A DNA stretch of 20,987 nucleotides, from positions 1 through 20,987 of the forward strand of contig JBIIGV010000045.1 in assembly GCA_044236265.1 (NCBI GenBank), written 5' to 3'. The position numbers and the translations under genes were made by a program. Positions 1 through 7,877 of the stretch are shown piece after piece. The notes beneath the pieces were generated by a model. The model worked only from the letters and a program-made list of their open reading frames with translations, was not told where the DNA came from and did not search any database. This stretch comes from Oligoflexales bacterium. GTDB lineage: Bacteria > Bdellovibrionota_B > Oligoflexia > Oligoflexales > RGVZ01. How positions within the stretch are numbered: the first letter of the stretch is position 1; each line of letters opens with the position of its first letter.

Positions 1-2
1 AC

Positions 3-308
3 TCGGAACTTGGTCTTGATCGTCACAAATGGAAATACTGTAAGGCTTGTGACGTCGATCATAATTTCTATAACTTGCTTTCCATGGAAGCTAGATTCCC
101 TCAAGGTTTTGCGAGAATTTTTATCTCAAACGATCAACTTCCGAAAATAGAACACTTTAAAATGCCAAGAAAGATCAAAGCCGACCTTCTAAAAGAAGAA
201 GCCATGATTGATCAGTTTCACTACAACACAAGAAATTTGGATGCCATCGATCTGGAGTCCATTACAAAACTCCACGATAGACTCGTGATAAAAGGCGTGA
301 CGCCCTAA
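3..308 (+). CDS. 3' part of a hypothetical protein, truncated by the window edge
   Basis: The frame of the ORF-track 75..308 call is open back to position 3 (SELGLDRHKWKYCKACDVDHNFYNLLSMEARF...), so the true start lies upstream of the window. Contains CKAC. No family recognised. Confidence 0.65.
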   Translation, partial: SELGLDRHKWKYCKACDVDHNFYNLLSMEARFPQGFARIFISNDQLPKIEHFKMPRKIKADLLKEEAMIDQFHYNTRNLDAIDLESITKLHDRLVIKGVTP

Positions 309-347
309 ATTATTCTTAATTCTCAACATCAATTTAGGTCGAGACGA

Positions 348-1448
348 TCAGTCTTGACTGAAGATTCTATGGAAGAAACCACCTGACGTATTAATGGTTG
401 TCTCTTCCTTGGAAATTTCGGCGTATTTTTGCAGAAGCTCTTTTTGTTCTTTGCTGAGTTTTTTCGGGACCACAACACGCAACTGAATGTGCATATCGCC
501 ACGACCAACACCTTTTAAGTGAGGCACTCCCGCGCCGGCCAGAGTCACGCGATCACCGGATTGCGAGCCTGCGGGAATCGAAATATCGGATTCACCATCC
601 AAGGTTTTGATTTTAAGATCGCAACCCAGAGATGCTTGAGCAATACCAATCGGCTGCTCAACGATCAAATCAAGACCATCACGAACAAAACGCTCGCTCT
701 CTTTTACATGGAGAACAACGTATAAGTCACCGTTCGGCCCACCGGCCGGTCCTGGTTCTCCCTCTCCTGACAGGCGAAGTCGCACACCTGAATCAACTCC
801 AGCAGGGACCTTTACAGTCAGTGTACGCTTTTTGTTGACCCGCCCCTGACCACGGCAGTCGTCACACGGTTTCTCAACAATTGTTCCTTCACCACCACAC
901 GCGTGACAGGTCGTTCGAATGGCAAAAAAACCTTGGGTGCGATTAACCTGGCCTTGACCACCACAAGTGCGGCAAGTGATTCTGCCACTTCCTTTTTTCG
1001 CACCAGATCCATCACAGGTTTCACAACGGATTGGGCGCTCTAGCTCAACCTGACGCTCAACTCCAAAAACGGCCTCTTCAAACTCAATGGCCATATCATA
1101 ACGCAGGTCCGCTCCACGTCGAACGCGGCCTCGACCCTGACCAGCTCCGGTGAATCCAAAGAAATCCTCAAAAATGGATCCAAAACTTGAAAAGATATCA
1201 TTTACATCTTGGAAGCCTTGGCTTCCGACACCTTGATGTCCAAAACGATCGTATCGAGCGCGTTTATCCGTGTCCGAGAGGACTTCGTAAGCTTCGCTGG
1301 CTTCTTTAAATTTTTCCTCGGCAGCTTTGTCGTCGGGATTTCTGTCAGGATGATATTTTAGAGCAAGCTTGCGATAAGCTGCCTTAATGTCACTTGCGCT
1401 TGCACTGTTGGCAACGCCCAAAACTTCATAGTAATCACGCTTGGCCAT
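348..1448 (-). CDS. dnaJ: Chaperone protein DnaJ
   Basis: J-domain ([10 protein letters not shown]...KYHPDRNP), G/F-rich region, four CxxCxGxG zinc-finger repeats ([32 protein letters not shown]) and a C-terminal substrate-binding domain. Confidence 0.98.
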   Translation of the reverse strand: MAKRDYYEVLGVANSASASDIKAAYRKLALKYHPDRNPDDKAAEEKFKEASEAYEVLSDTDKRARYDRFGHQGVGSQGFQDVNDIFSSFGSIFEDFFGFTGAGQGRGRVRRGADLRYDMAIEFEEAVFGVERQVELERPIRCETCDGSGAKKGSGRITCRTCGGQGQVNRTQGFFAIRTTCHACGGEGTIVEKPCDDCRGQGRVNKKRTLTVKVPAGVDSGVRLRLSGEGEPGPAGGPNGDLYVVLHVKESERFVRDGLDLIVEQPIGIAQASLGCDLKIKTLDGESDISIPAGSQSGDRVTLAGAGVPHLKGVGRGDMHIQLRVVVPKKLSKEQKELLQKYAEISKEETTINTSGGFFHRIFSQD

Positions 1449-1504
1449 GAGCCCCGTTTCCTCAAAATAGTCAAAATCCCTAAGCCCGCAGACTCTATAA
1501 CAGT

Positions 1505-2326
1505 TTAGGAACCAAAGCTATGTTCCGCTGCGGGAAACTTCTTAGATTTAACGTCTTTATTGAAACTAACAAGGGCATCCCCAACGATTTTATTTAAGTC
1601 TGCATATTTCTTTAGAAATTTTGGTTTAAACGACTCATCAAAACCCAAGAGATCCTGAAGTACGAGCACCTGTCCATCACAGCCAGCCCCCGCACCAATA
1701 CCGATCGTAGGAATGGAAAGCGCTTTAGATACAGACGCTCCAAGGGCAGCCGGGATCATCTCCAGCACCAAGCAAAAGACTCCGGCATCTTGCAACGCTT
1801 TGGCATCAGCCAAAAGTTTTTTCTGAGCAGCCTTTTCCTTCGCCTGAACCTTGTAACCGCTTAACGCATGAACACTTTGCGGTGTTAACCCTAAATGACC
1901 GATCACAGGAATGCCGTTCGCGACAAGCGCTTCGATTTGAGGGCAAATCAACTCTCCACCTTCAAGCTTGACCGCATGAGCTCCACCTTTTTGAACGAGC
2001 TTTGCAGCATTTCTAAGTGCGTCGTCCTTCGTCGCGTAAGTCATAAACGGCATATCTGTACCCACGAAAGGGCGTCGAACAACGCGAGTGACTGCAGCCG
2101 TGTGATGCACCATGTCATCGATTGTTACAGGAATCGTGGAATCATGACCCAGCATGACGTTGCCAAGACTATCGCCTACGAGAACCATATCAATGGGAGA
2201 CGCTTCAACAATTCGGCCAAAGGCCGAGTCATAGCACGTCACCATGGAAATCGGCTCACCCGCGTCTTTCTTTGCCTGAATAGCCGCAACAGTGATCGGC
2301 TGAACTTTACTTGCTGCATGACTCAT
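1505..2326 (-). CDS. panB: 3-methyl-2-oxobutanoate hydroxymethyltransferase (ketopantoate hydroxymethyltransferase)
   Basis: Motifs [36 protein letters not shown] and [17 protein letters not shown]. Start moved to the ATG at 2326, which has GGAGG upstream. Confidence 0.97.
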   Translation of the reverse strand: MSHAASKVQPITVAAIQAKKDAGEPISMVTCYDSAFGRIVEASPIDMVLVGDSLGNVMLGHDSTIPVTIDDMVHHTAAVTRVVRRPFVGTDMPFMTYATKDDALRNAAKLVQKGGAHAVKLEGGELICPQIEALVANGIPVIGHLGLTPQSVHALSGYKVQAKEKAAQKKLLADAKALQDAGVFCLVLEMIPAALGASVSKALSIPTIGIGAGAGCDGQVLVLQDLLGFDESFKPKFLKKYADLNKIVGDALVSFNKDVKSKKFPAAEHSFGS

Positions 2327-2411
2327 AGTGACGCCCTCCAAAGGACTCCCGTATACTAGGGAAAGTATTCATATTACAATAAAAACTCTCCAATTCGGAG
2401 CTAACTTCATC

Positions 2412-3089
2412 ATGGATCTTTTTGCTCCCCTAGACTTGTACTGTGAACGAACAGAGGCTCACCTCCTCAGTGAACCTCTAAATCTCATATCAAATCTTGC
2501 GTTTATCATCGCTGGAGCCCTGATATTGCGAAAATTAGGACGACCGGCCTCGTCTCAAAGAGATTCAGTAGCAAGACTCTTAGGCTGGCAAATTATCACG
2601 GTCGGTCTTGGCAGTGCACTTTTCCACAGTTTTGCCACAGGATGGGCTCAGCTCTGCGATATTATTCCCATTGGGATTCTTATTCTGACCTATTTGTGGT
2701 TGTTTTGCCGAAAGCTTGTTGATTTGACTAGGCTTCAAAGTTTTTTAGGGCTGATAGTTTTTCTGCTCGTCTCCGTCGTAATGGCTTGGTTGTCGGACCC
2801 CATTAAGGCAAACGGCGGGCAGTTTTATTTTGGGACCTGGTTAACCCTTACATGCTTATGCACCTACGTCGCAGGGCGTCAAAATTTGCTTCAATTCAAA
2901 CCCATGTTCATGGCCAGTGTTCTGTTTTCATTTTCAATTTTGATGCGCACCATTGACTTAAAGTTTTGCGAAGAGTGGCCTTTCGGAACGCATTTGTTCT
3001 GGCATTTAACAAACGCAACTGTGCTTTATCTGGTGGTCAACGTACTGATCAATTCTATACCCGAAGACGCACGAACCCGTGAGGGTTAG
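2412..3089 (+). CDS. Ceramidase-like (CREST superfamily) integral membrane protein
   Basis: YCER...EPLNLISNLAF, GLGSALFHS (SxxxH), D in 'AQLCD' and a C-terminal HLFWH (HxxxH), with about 7 hydrophobic segments. Start moved to ATG 2412 (GGAG at 2397-2400). Confidence 0.85.
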   Translation: MDLFAPLDLYCERTEAHLLSEPLNLISNLAFIIAGALILRKLGRPASSQRDSVARLLGWQIITVGLGSALFHSFATGWAQLCDIIPIGILILTYLWLFCRKLVDLTRLQSFLGLIVFLLVSVVMAWLSDPIKANGGQFYFGTWLTLTCLCTYVAGRQNLLQFKPMFMASVLFSFSILMRTIDLKFCEEWPFGTHLFWHLTNATVLYLVVNVLINSIPEDARTREG

Positions 3090-3190
3090 GACCGTTGAGA
3101 AGAGAGTAAGCAGAAAAACAAGGAAGAGATTAAGGTGGGCTTCAGACGTGCGACGCGCTTGTGGAGGGATGGTCCCGTGCGATGCGTCAT
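3086..3190 (-). other. Candidate sigma-54-driven sRNA or leaderless 34-aa small ORF (MTHRTGPSLHKRVARLKPTLISSLFFCLLSSQRS)
   Basis: Begins at the predicted transcription start of the sigma-54 site. ATG at 3190; the TAA at 3088-3086 overlaps the TAG stop of the convergent ceramidase-like gene. Confidence 0.4.
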
Positions 3191-3199
3191 AATTACATA

Positions 3200-3216
3200 A
3201 GCAAGCAGCGTGCCAA
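3200..3216 (-). promoter_or_regulatory. Sigma-54 (-24/-12) promoter
   Basis: Minus strand reads TTGGCACGCTGCTTGCT, matching YTGGCACG-N4-TTGCW with exact GG-N10-GC spacing; intergenic. Confidence 0.8.
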
Positions 3217-3363
3217 GATGATCAGTGATGTTTCGCACAAAAATTGTTCAAAATTAGACTGCTCAAGGGTTTGGCGGTATCATTAATGTACCAGTAGCGC
3301 AAAGACATGGTATCAAGACGGATCAGTACGCGAATCTAACCAGCCATGACAGGCCTCTAAACG

Positions 3364-4425
3364 ATGATCTCGATCAAACAGAATGTGCCGTTAAAAAACC
3401 TCTCAACGATTCACACCGGTGGGAACGCTCAATTTTTCGCCACGTGTAAAAATGAACGCGACATCATCGATGCCCTGCAACACGCTGCATCGCATTCGAT
3501 ACCCGTTACAGTGCTTGGTGGGGGAAGTAATAGCTTGATCTCTGACAATGGAATCAGGGGTCTAGTTCTAAAAATCGAATTGGATGGGTTCAGTATTAGC
3601 AGCTCGGGACTTACTACATCTGGCGCGGGCGTATCATGGGACCTATTGGTTGCCGAAACCTGTCGCCAAGGCATGACAGGAGTCGAAGCCTTGTCTGGAA
3701 TACCGGGACTTGTTGGCGCAACTCCCATTCAAAACGTCGGAGCTTATGGTCAGGAGGTTGCGGAAACCATTAAATCTCTGCGCGCAATAAATAGAAAGAC
3801 TCTCGAAACAAGAATTTTCTCTAACGCTGAATGCAGCTTCTCTTACCGAAATAGCCGCTTCAAAGAAACTGATAAAGACTCTTGGATCATCACTGAGGTC
3901 TCATTTCAACTTGACGCGAAAGAGGAACCAAAACCGCGGTATGAGGAGTTGCAAAAGTCTTTACTGAACGACAACCGATGGAGCCTCTCTAACCGAGAAG
4001 AAAAACTACTTCTGGTCCGTGAGCACGTACTTAAAATTCGTGCTCAAAAAGGAATGGTTCTAGATCCATCTGATCATGACACAGTCAGCCTCGGTAGTTT
4101 TTTTACAAACCCTTTGATCGACCAAAATACCAAACAAGTCATTGAAGAACGCGCCTCATCGCTAAAAACGAAATCACCGCCTGTCTTTCACAAATCAGGG
4201 GACAAGCTCTGGAAGATCTCTGCAGCATGGCTCATCGAAAGTTCTGGTGTTACAAAGGGCTTTGCCATGGGTAAAGCAAGAATTTCATCCAAACACGTGC
4301 TTGCCATTACAAATCCTGGAGAGGCCACAACACTGGATATCCTGCAGTTACAGAGACACGTCGAATCCCAGGTACTCAAGGTATTTAACGTGCAATTACA
4401 GCGTGAACCGGTATTTCTTGATTAA
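3364..4425 (+). CDS. murB: UDP-N-acetylmuramate dehydrogenase
   Basis: LGGGSN FAD loop, GIPGLVGATPIQNVGAYG, FSYRNSRFK, GSFFTNP, SAAWLIE, KHVLAITN and C-terminal REP. Confidence 0.96.
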   Translation: MISIKQNVPLKNLSTIHTGGNAQFFATCKNERDIIDALQHAASHSIPVTVLGGGSNSLISDNGIRGLVLKIELDGFSISSSGLTTSGAGVSWDLLVAETCRQGMTGVEALSGIPGLVGATPIQNVGAYGQEVAETIKSLRAINRKTLETRIFSNAECSFSYRNSRFKETDKDSWIITEVSFQLDAKEEPKPRYEELQKSLLNDNRWSLSNREEKLLLVREHVLKIRAQKGMVLDPSDHDTVSLGSFFTNPLIDQNTKQVIEERASSLKTKSPPVFHKSGDKLWKISAAWLIESSGVTKGFAMGKARISSKHVLAITNPGEATTLDILQLQRHVESQVLKVFNVQLQREPVFLD

Positions 4426-4517
4426 CTCTCGCATCAATGCTTTTTGATTTAGACAGCGGCTTGCCTGGATTCAGCGGGACCGAGCAGCCTTGTGTAAAAA
4501 ATAATCCCCCGAAATTC

Positions 4518-4539
4518 TTTGGCATTTTTAGTTGCCAAA
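4518..4539. promoter_or_regulatory. Inverted repeat, possible transcription-factor operator
   Basis: TTTGGCA-N8-TGCCAAA in the murB-puuD intergenic region; a second perfect palindrome TTGACGTCAA lies at 4568-4577. Confidence 0.35.
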
Positions 4540-4614
4540 ATTACTCAACATTTGGGATAGTAGAGCCTTGACGTCAATTCACTCGACGCCAACATCAATG
4601 GAGGAGCTCGCTGC

Positions 4615-5319
4615 ATGGAATCATCAGATATCATTTATTATTTAATGAAGTGGTTTCACTACGTTTTTGGAATTATCTGGATTGGGCATCTCTACTACTT
4701 CAACTTCACCCAAGTTCCATTTTTTGGTGAAACCGATGCGGCGACAAAATCTAACGCCATTCAAAAATTGGTTCCAAGAGCATTGTGGTGGTTTCGTTGG
4801 GGCGCGATGTTTACCTTCATTACTGGTGTGATCATGCTTTATATGTGGGGTGAAAAAAGCGGTCATGCTGCCTTCATGTCCACAAGCTTTGGTTTGTTTA
4901 TTTCTGTGGGCGCTCTCCTTGGAACAGTGATGTTCCTCAACGTTTGGCTTATCATCTGGCCATCACAAAAGGTTGTCATCGAGTCAACCACTAATGTTGC
5001 ACAAGGTAAGGCTGCACTGCCTGAGGCTGCAGCCAAAGGTGCTGCTGCACTGCTCGCTTCCCGATCAAACACAATGTTCTCATTGCCAATGTTGTTTTTT
5101 ATGGGGGCAGCATCCCACTTACCGATACTGCAACCACCAGCCGATGGATCACCTGCCAATTACTCCACTGCCTTCCTCGCTGCACTAGTAGTCATCATAC
5201 TGCTTGAAGCGAATGCGATTAAAGGAAAGCTCGGGCCCTTGGCAAGTGTCAAAGGCGTGATCCACGCAGGCGTAGGCTTGACAGCGGTGCTCTTTGGACT
5301 TCTTTACGCAATGGCTTGA
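4615..5319 (+). CDS. PuuD/DUF989 (Urate_ox_N) family integral membrane protein, without a fused cytochrome c
   Basis: KWFHYVFGIIWIGHLYYFNF, ALWWFRWGAMFTFITG, LGTVMFLNVWLIIWPSQK and SRSNTMFSLPMLFFM..ASH are typical of this family. Strong SD GGAGGAG. Confidence 0.85.
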   Translation: MESSDIIYYLMKWFHYVFGIIWIGHLYYFNFTQVPFFGETDAATKSNAIQKLVPRALWWFRWGAMFTFITGVIMLYMWGEKSGHAAFMSTSFGLFISVGALLGTVMFLNVWLIIWPSQKVVIESTTNVAQGKAALPEAAAKGAAALLASRSNTMFSLPMLFFMGAASHLPILQPPADGSPANYSTAFLAALVVIILLEANAIKGKLGPLASVKGVIHAGVGLTAVLFGLLYAMA

Positions 5320-5342
5320 TCAGCTAACGAAAGAACGCTCTT

Positions 5343-5696
5343 GTGACTTTGAGATTTTTACTTTGTGTCTTTGTGTTGTTCACTATAACGAGCTGCCGCT
5401 GCCAAAGCGGTGGCTCGTCAAACGTTGATCAGACCTCGCCTGAAGCGCAGCTGAGGGCTAGAGGACGCGCAGTTTACGCGTCTAATTGTACGGCCTGCCA
5501 TGCTTCAAACCCAAAGCTTCATGGGAGTCAGGGACCCGATGTTTACGGTTCATCTAAGGAGCTGCTGACAGCTCGTATCCTGGAGGCTAAGTATCCTGAG
5601 GGGTATAAGCCAAAGCGCGAGAGTGCTGCTATGCCAGCCATGCCTCATTTGAAAAATGATATCGATGCTCTCCACGCATATTTAAACGCTCCATAA
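5343..5696 (+). CDS. Monoheme cytochrome c, probable lipoprotein
   Basis: Hydrophobic leader with a lipobox-like ITS-C, heme motif CTACH (GRAVYASNCTACH), GP motif and distal Met in AMPAM. Confidence 0.9.
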   Translation: MTLRFLLCVFVLFTITSCRCQSGGSSNVDQTSPEAQLRARGRAVYASNCTACHASNPKLHGSQGPDVYGSSKELLTARILEAKYPEGYKPKRESAAMPAMPHLKNDIDALHAYLNAP

Positions 5697-5754
5697 AACC
5701 AGCCTAACAATCTGCGCGACCCCTGGTGGACTGTTTAGGGCCCTTGGGCTACCA

Positions 5755-5771
5755 TGTTGAAATATTCAACA
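5755..5771. promoter_or_regulatory. Inverted repeat, possible operator
   Basis: TGTTGAA-ATA-TTCAACA, 19 nt upstream of the start at 5791. Confidence 0.4.
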
Positions 5772-5790
5772 AACTCATAAGGCTTTCGAC

Positions 5791-6720
5791 ATGCCTCCGC
5801 ATCTAAACCAGGAACGTTCAGATGTATCCCTTACTGACCTTGCAAAGCTCTACCCGGAACTTTGGCAGGAGGTCATGGGCAGCATCAAACTTGCTGTCGA
5901 AAAAAAGCAAATGTCAGAACTAGCGACCATGAGTCAACGTGCGGGTGCTACCATTAGTCGATGGAGTGGCGCAGGTGACAGCCCAATTGCACAAACGCAG
6001 CATGCGAAGCGAGAACTACTAAAAGCTCAGATGACAGCGTTAGCTATTGAACAATTCGTTACAGCTTTCACAAATCTGGGCCATAAGCCTTCACTTCGCG
6101 ATCAAGTTCTTCTCAAGTGGGGAATCACGAGACATTTACAGGCTGGGCGTCTTTTGAGTCTAACAAGCTTCCAAAAAGGTTGGTCCAGACTGACGGATAA
6201 AGGTGCCGCAGCGTCGGGCGTGCAATCAGCAGGATTTTGGTCCATACCTACGAGGGAGCTCTGTCTTGGTTTGAAAGAATATATCAAAGACCGTGAGGTT
6301 CTTGAGGTGGGAGCTGGCAGGGGATTATTTGTTTCTGCCCTTCGCGAAGTCGGGGTACGAGTCACGGGAATCGACGACTGTAGCTGGTCGATGGCAAAAA
6401 ATGTTATTGCTGGCGCCAAACCATTCATGAAGGTCGAATCGGCTGAGACTGCACTAAAGACCATTAATCCCTCAGTCGTTCTTTCCGTTTATCCACCACC
6501 AGGAAATCAGTTTGAACGAACTATTTTCGCTACAAAATCCGTGGACCTATATTTAGCGGTCGTAAGCTCTCATCAATTTGCCAGCGGTAACTGGCAAGAC
6601 TATAAAGCTCAGGACGCACGAAACAGCCAGTTTTCATGTGTTATGAATGAGTCTTTAAATAAGATGCTGAGGCCCATTGAATCGGATCAACGACTACTCA
6701 TTTTTCGTCGCAAAAAATAA
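5791..6720 (+). CDS. Putative class I SAM-dependent methyltransferase-fold protein with an N-terminal helical extension
   Basis: Motif I VLEVGAGRGL followed by VTGID, preceded by WSIPT. Substrate unknown. Confidence 0.65.
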   Translation: MPPHLNQERSDVSLTDLAKLYPELWQEVMGSIKLAVEKKQMSELATMSQRAGATISRWSGAGDSPIAQTQHAKRELLKAQMTALAIEQFVTAFTNLGHKPSLRDQVLLKWGITRHLQAGRLLSLTSFQKGWSRLTDKGAAASGVQSAGFWSIPTRELCLGLKEYIKDREVLEVGAGRGLFVSALREVGVRVTGIDDCSWSMAKNVIAGAKPFMKVESAETALKTINPSVVLSVYPPPGNQFERTIFATKSVDLYLAVVSSHQFASGNWQDYKAQDARNSQFSCVMNESLNKMLRPIESDQRLLIFRRKK

Positions 6721-6740
6721 CCCAACGAAAATCTCGAATT

Positions 6741-7874
6741 GTGATTATCCACGCAGCAAAATTGATCGCCATTGTAATCATCACCTCAGCCTTTTTGGCT
6801 ATAGGCGAAACCGTGATTGCTCAGAAAGCCAGTCATGCTTCTGAACTTGAATACATTGTACTCCCAGGCGTATTTCGCGCACCAGAGACAGGCTTTGGTG
6901 CTGGGCTGGGCTTATTTATATTAAGTCCACCTCCTCAGGGATCTCGAGGCTCCCAGGGTGACGCGTTTAAAATCGGCGCTATATATACTGAAAAAAAACA
7001 ATTTGTGATGCGAACGTTGATGGAGAAATATGTCAATGACCACCGCGATCACCTGAGCTTTTCAGCAAATGCACAAAAGTATCCAGACTCATTTTTTGGT
7101 GTCGATGGCAACACTCAAGTCAAAGATGAAGAAAAATACACGTCATACGCCTGGGACGCACAACTCCGCTATCTACATGAGTTTGCGTCGACATTGTATA
7201 TTGGCGGCCAAGGGGTCCTCTATAATGAACGCATTGCAGACTTGAATCCGCGTGGTTTTTTAACCAAAAAAACAGATCAAAACGGCCAACACATTTACGG
7301 CACTGAACCCATGCGACACGGGGGATTTGGAATTCTTTCCCGTATTGATACACGCGATGATCTCCAAGATCCAGATCGAGGACATTTCATAGAGATGGGA
7401 ACTATTACTCGAAATAAATTGTTGGGAAGTGATTTTGATTTCAACACAGCACAGATTGATGCTCGAGGATTTATCCCCCTCTCCGATAACAAGCGCCCCA
7501 TCAGGCTTGCATGGCAAACCGTCGTGATCTCACACGATGGCAACCCTCCATTTCAGGCACTAGCGGCCCTTGGGGGACGTGATTTACTCAGAGGATATTT
7601 TCTAGGACGATACCGGGATAGAAAGCTTCTCTCATCGCAACTTGAAATTCGAATTCCCCACGGAGAAAAGTGGGGAACAGCCCTCTACGTGGGCGCTGGT
7701 AACGTTGCTCGCAACTGGAACATGATGACTCTTAAATCATTTAAGCCAGCTTGGGGTGCAGGCGCACGGTACCGGATTTCAAGCACTCAAAAAGTAAACA
7801 TACGCCTTGATCTGGCCTGGGGTAAACTCACCCCTAATCCCAGTGCATATCTTAGCCTTGCGGAAGCGTTCTAG
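6741..7874 (+). CDS. BamA/TamA (Omp85) family outer-membrane beta-barrel protein lacking POTRA domains
   Basis: Signal peptide, PETGFG, DTRDD..P.RG, LGG..LLRGY..GRYRD (loop-6 RGY motif), GAGARY, NIRLDLAWG and C-terminal YLSLAEAF. Confidence 0.88.
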   Translation: MIIHAAKLIAIVIITSAFLAIGETVIAQKASHASELEYIVLPGVFRAPETGFGAGLGLFILSPPPQGSRGSQGDAFKIGAIYTEKKQFVMRTLMEKYVNDHRDHLSFSANAQKYPDSFFGVDGNTQVKDEEKYTSYAWDAQLRYLHEFASTLYIGGQGVLYNERIADLNPRGFLTKKTDQNGQHIYGTEPMRHGGFGILSRIDTRDDLQDPDRGHFIEMGTITRNKLLGSDFDFNTAQIDARGFIPLSDNKRPIRLAWQTVVISHDGNPPFQALAALGGRDLLRGYFLGRYRDRKLLSSQLEIRIPHGEKWGTALYVGAGNVARNWNMMTLKSFKPAWGAGARYRISSTQKVNIRLDLAWGKLTPNPSAYLSLAEAF

Positions 7875-7877
7875 CCG

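Noticed and set aside
1895..2359. 154-aa antisense ORF over panB and similar shadow ORFs (e.g. 9850..10305, 6102..6464, 16733..17101, 19841..20251)
   Set aside because: They lie largely inside well-supported genes and show no motifs; expected shadow frames.
2328..2411. ORF-track starts for panB (2341) and the ceramidase-like gene (2328) implying head-to-head overlap
   Set aside because: Downstream ATGs with SD sequences (2326 and 2412) remove the overlap.
3280..3363. GCGCAAAG...CTAA as a c-di-GMP-I riboswitch upstream of murB
   Set aside because: Lacks the GGCAAAC/GNRA P2 stem and a pairable P3.
3090..3363. SRP, tmRNA, RNase P or tRNA gene in the largest intergenic gap
   Set aside because: None of the diagnostic motifs (SRP GGAA/AGCAG helix, GGATTCGA start, GAGGAAAGTCC, T-loop GTTCGA with cloverleaf) is present.
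4519..4536. TTGGCA...TTGC as a second sigma-54 promoter
   Set aside because: GG-to-GC spacing is 11 nt on both strands rather than the required 10. Kept only as an inverted repeat.
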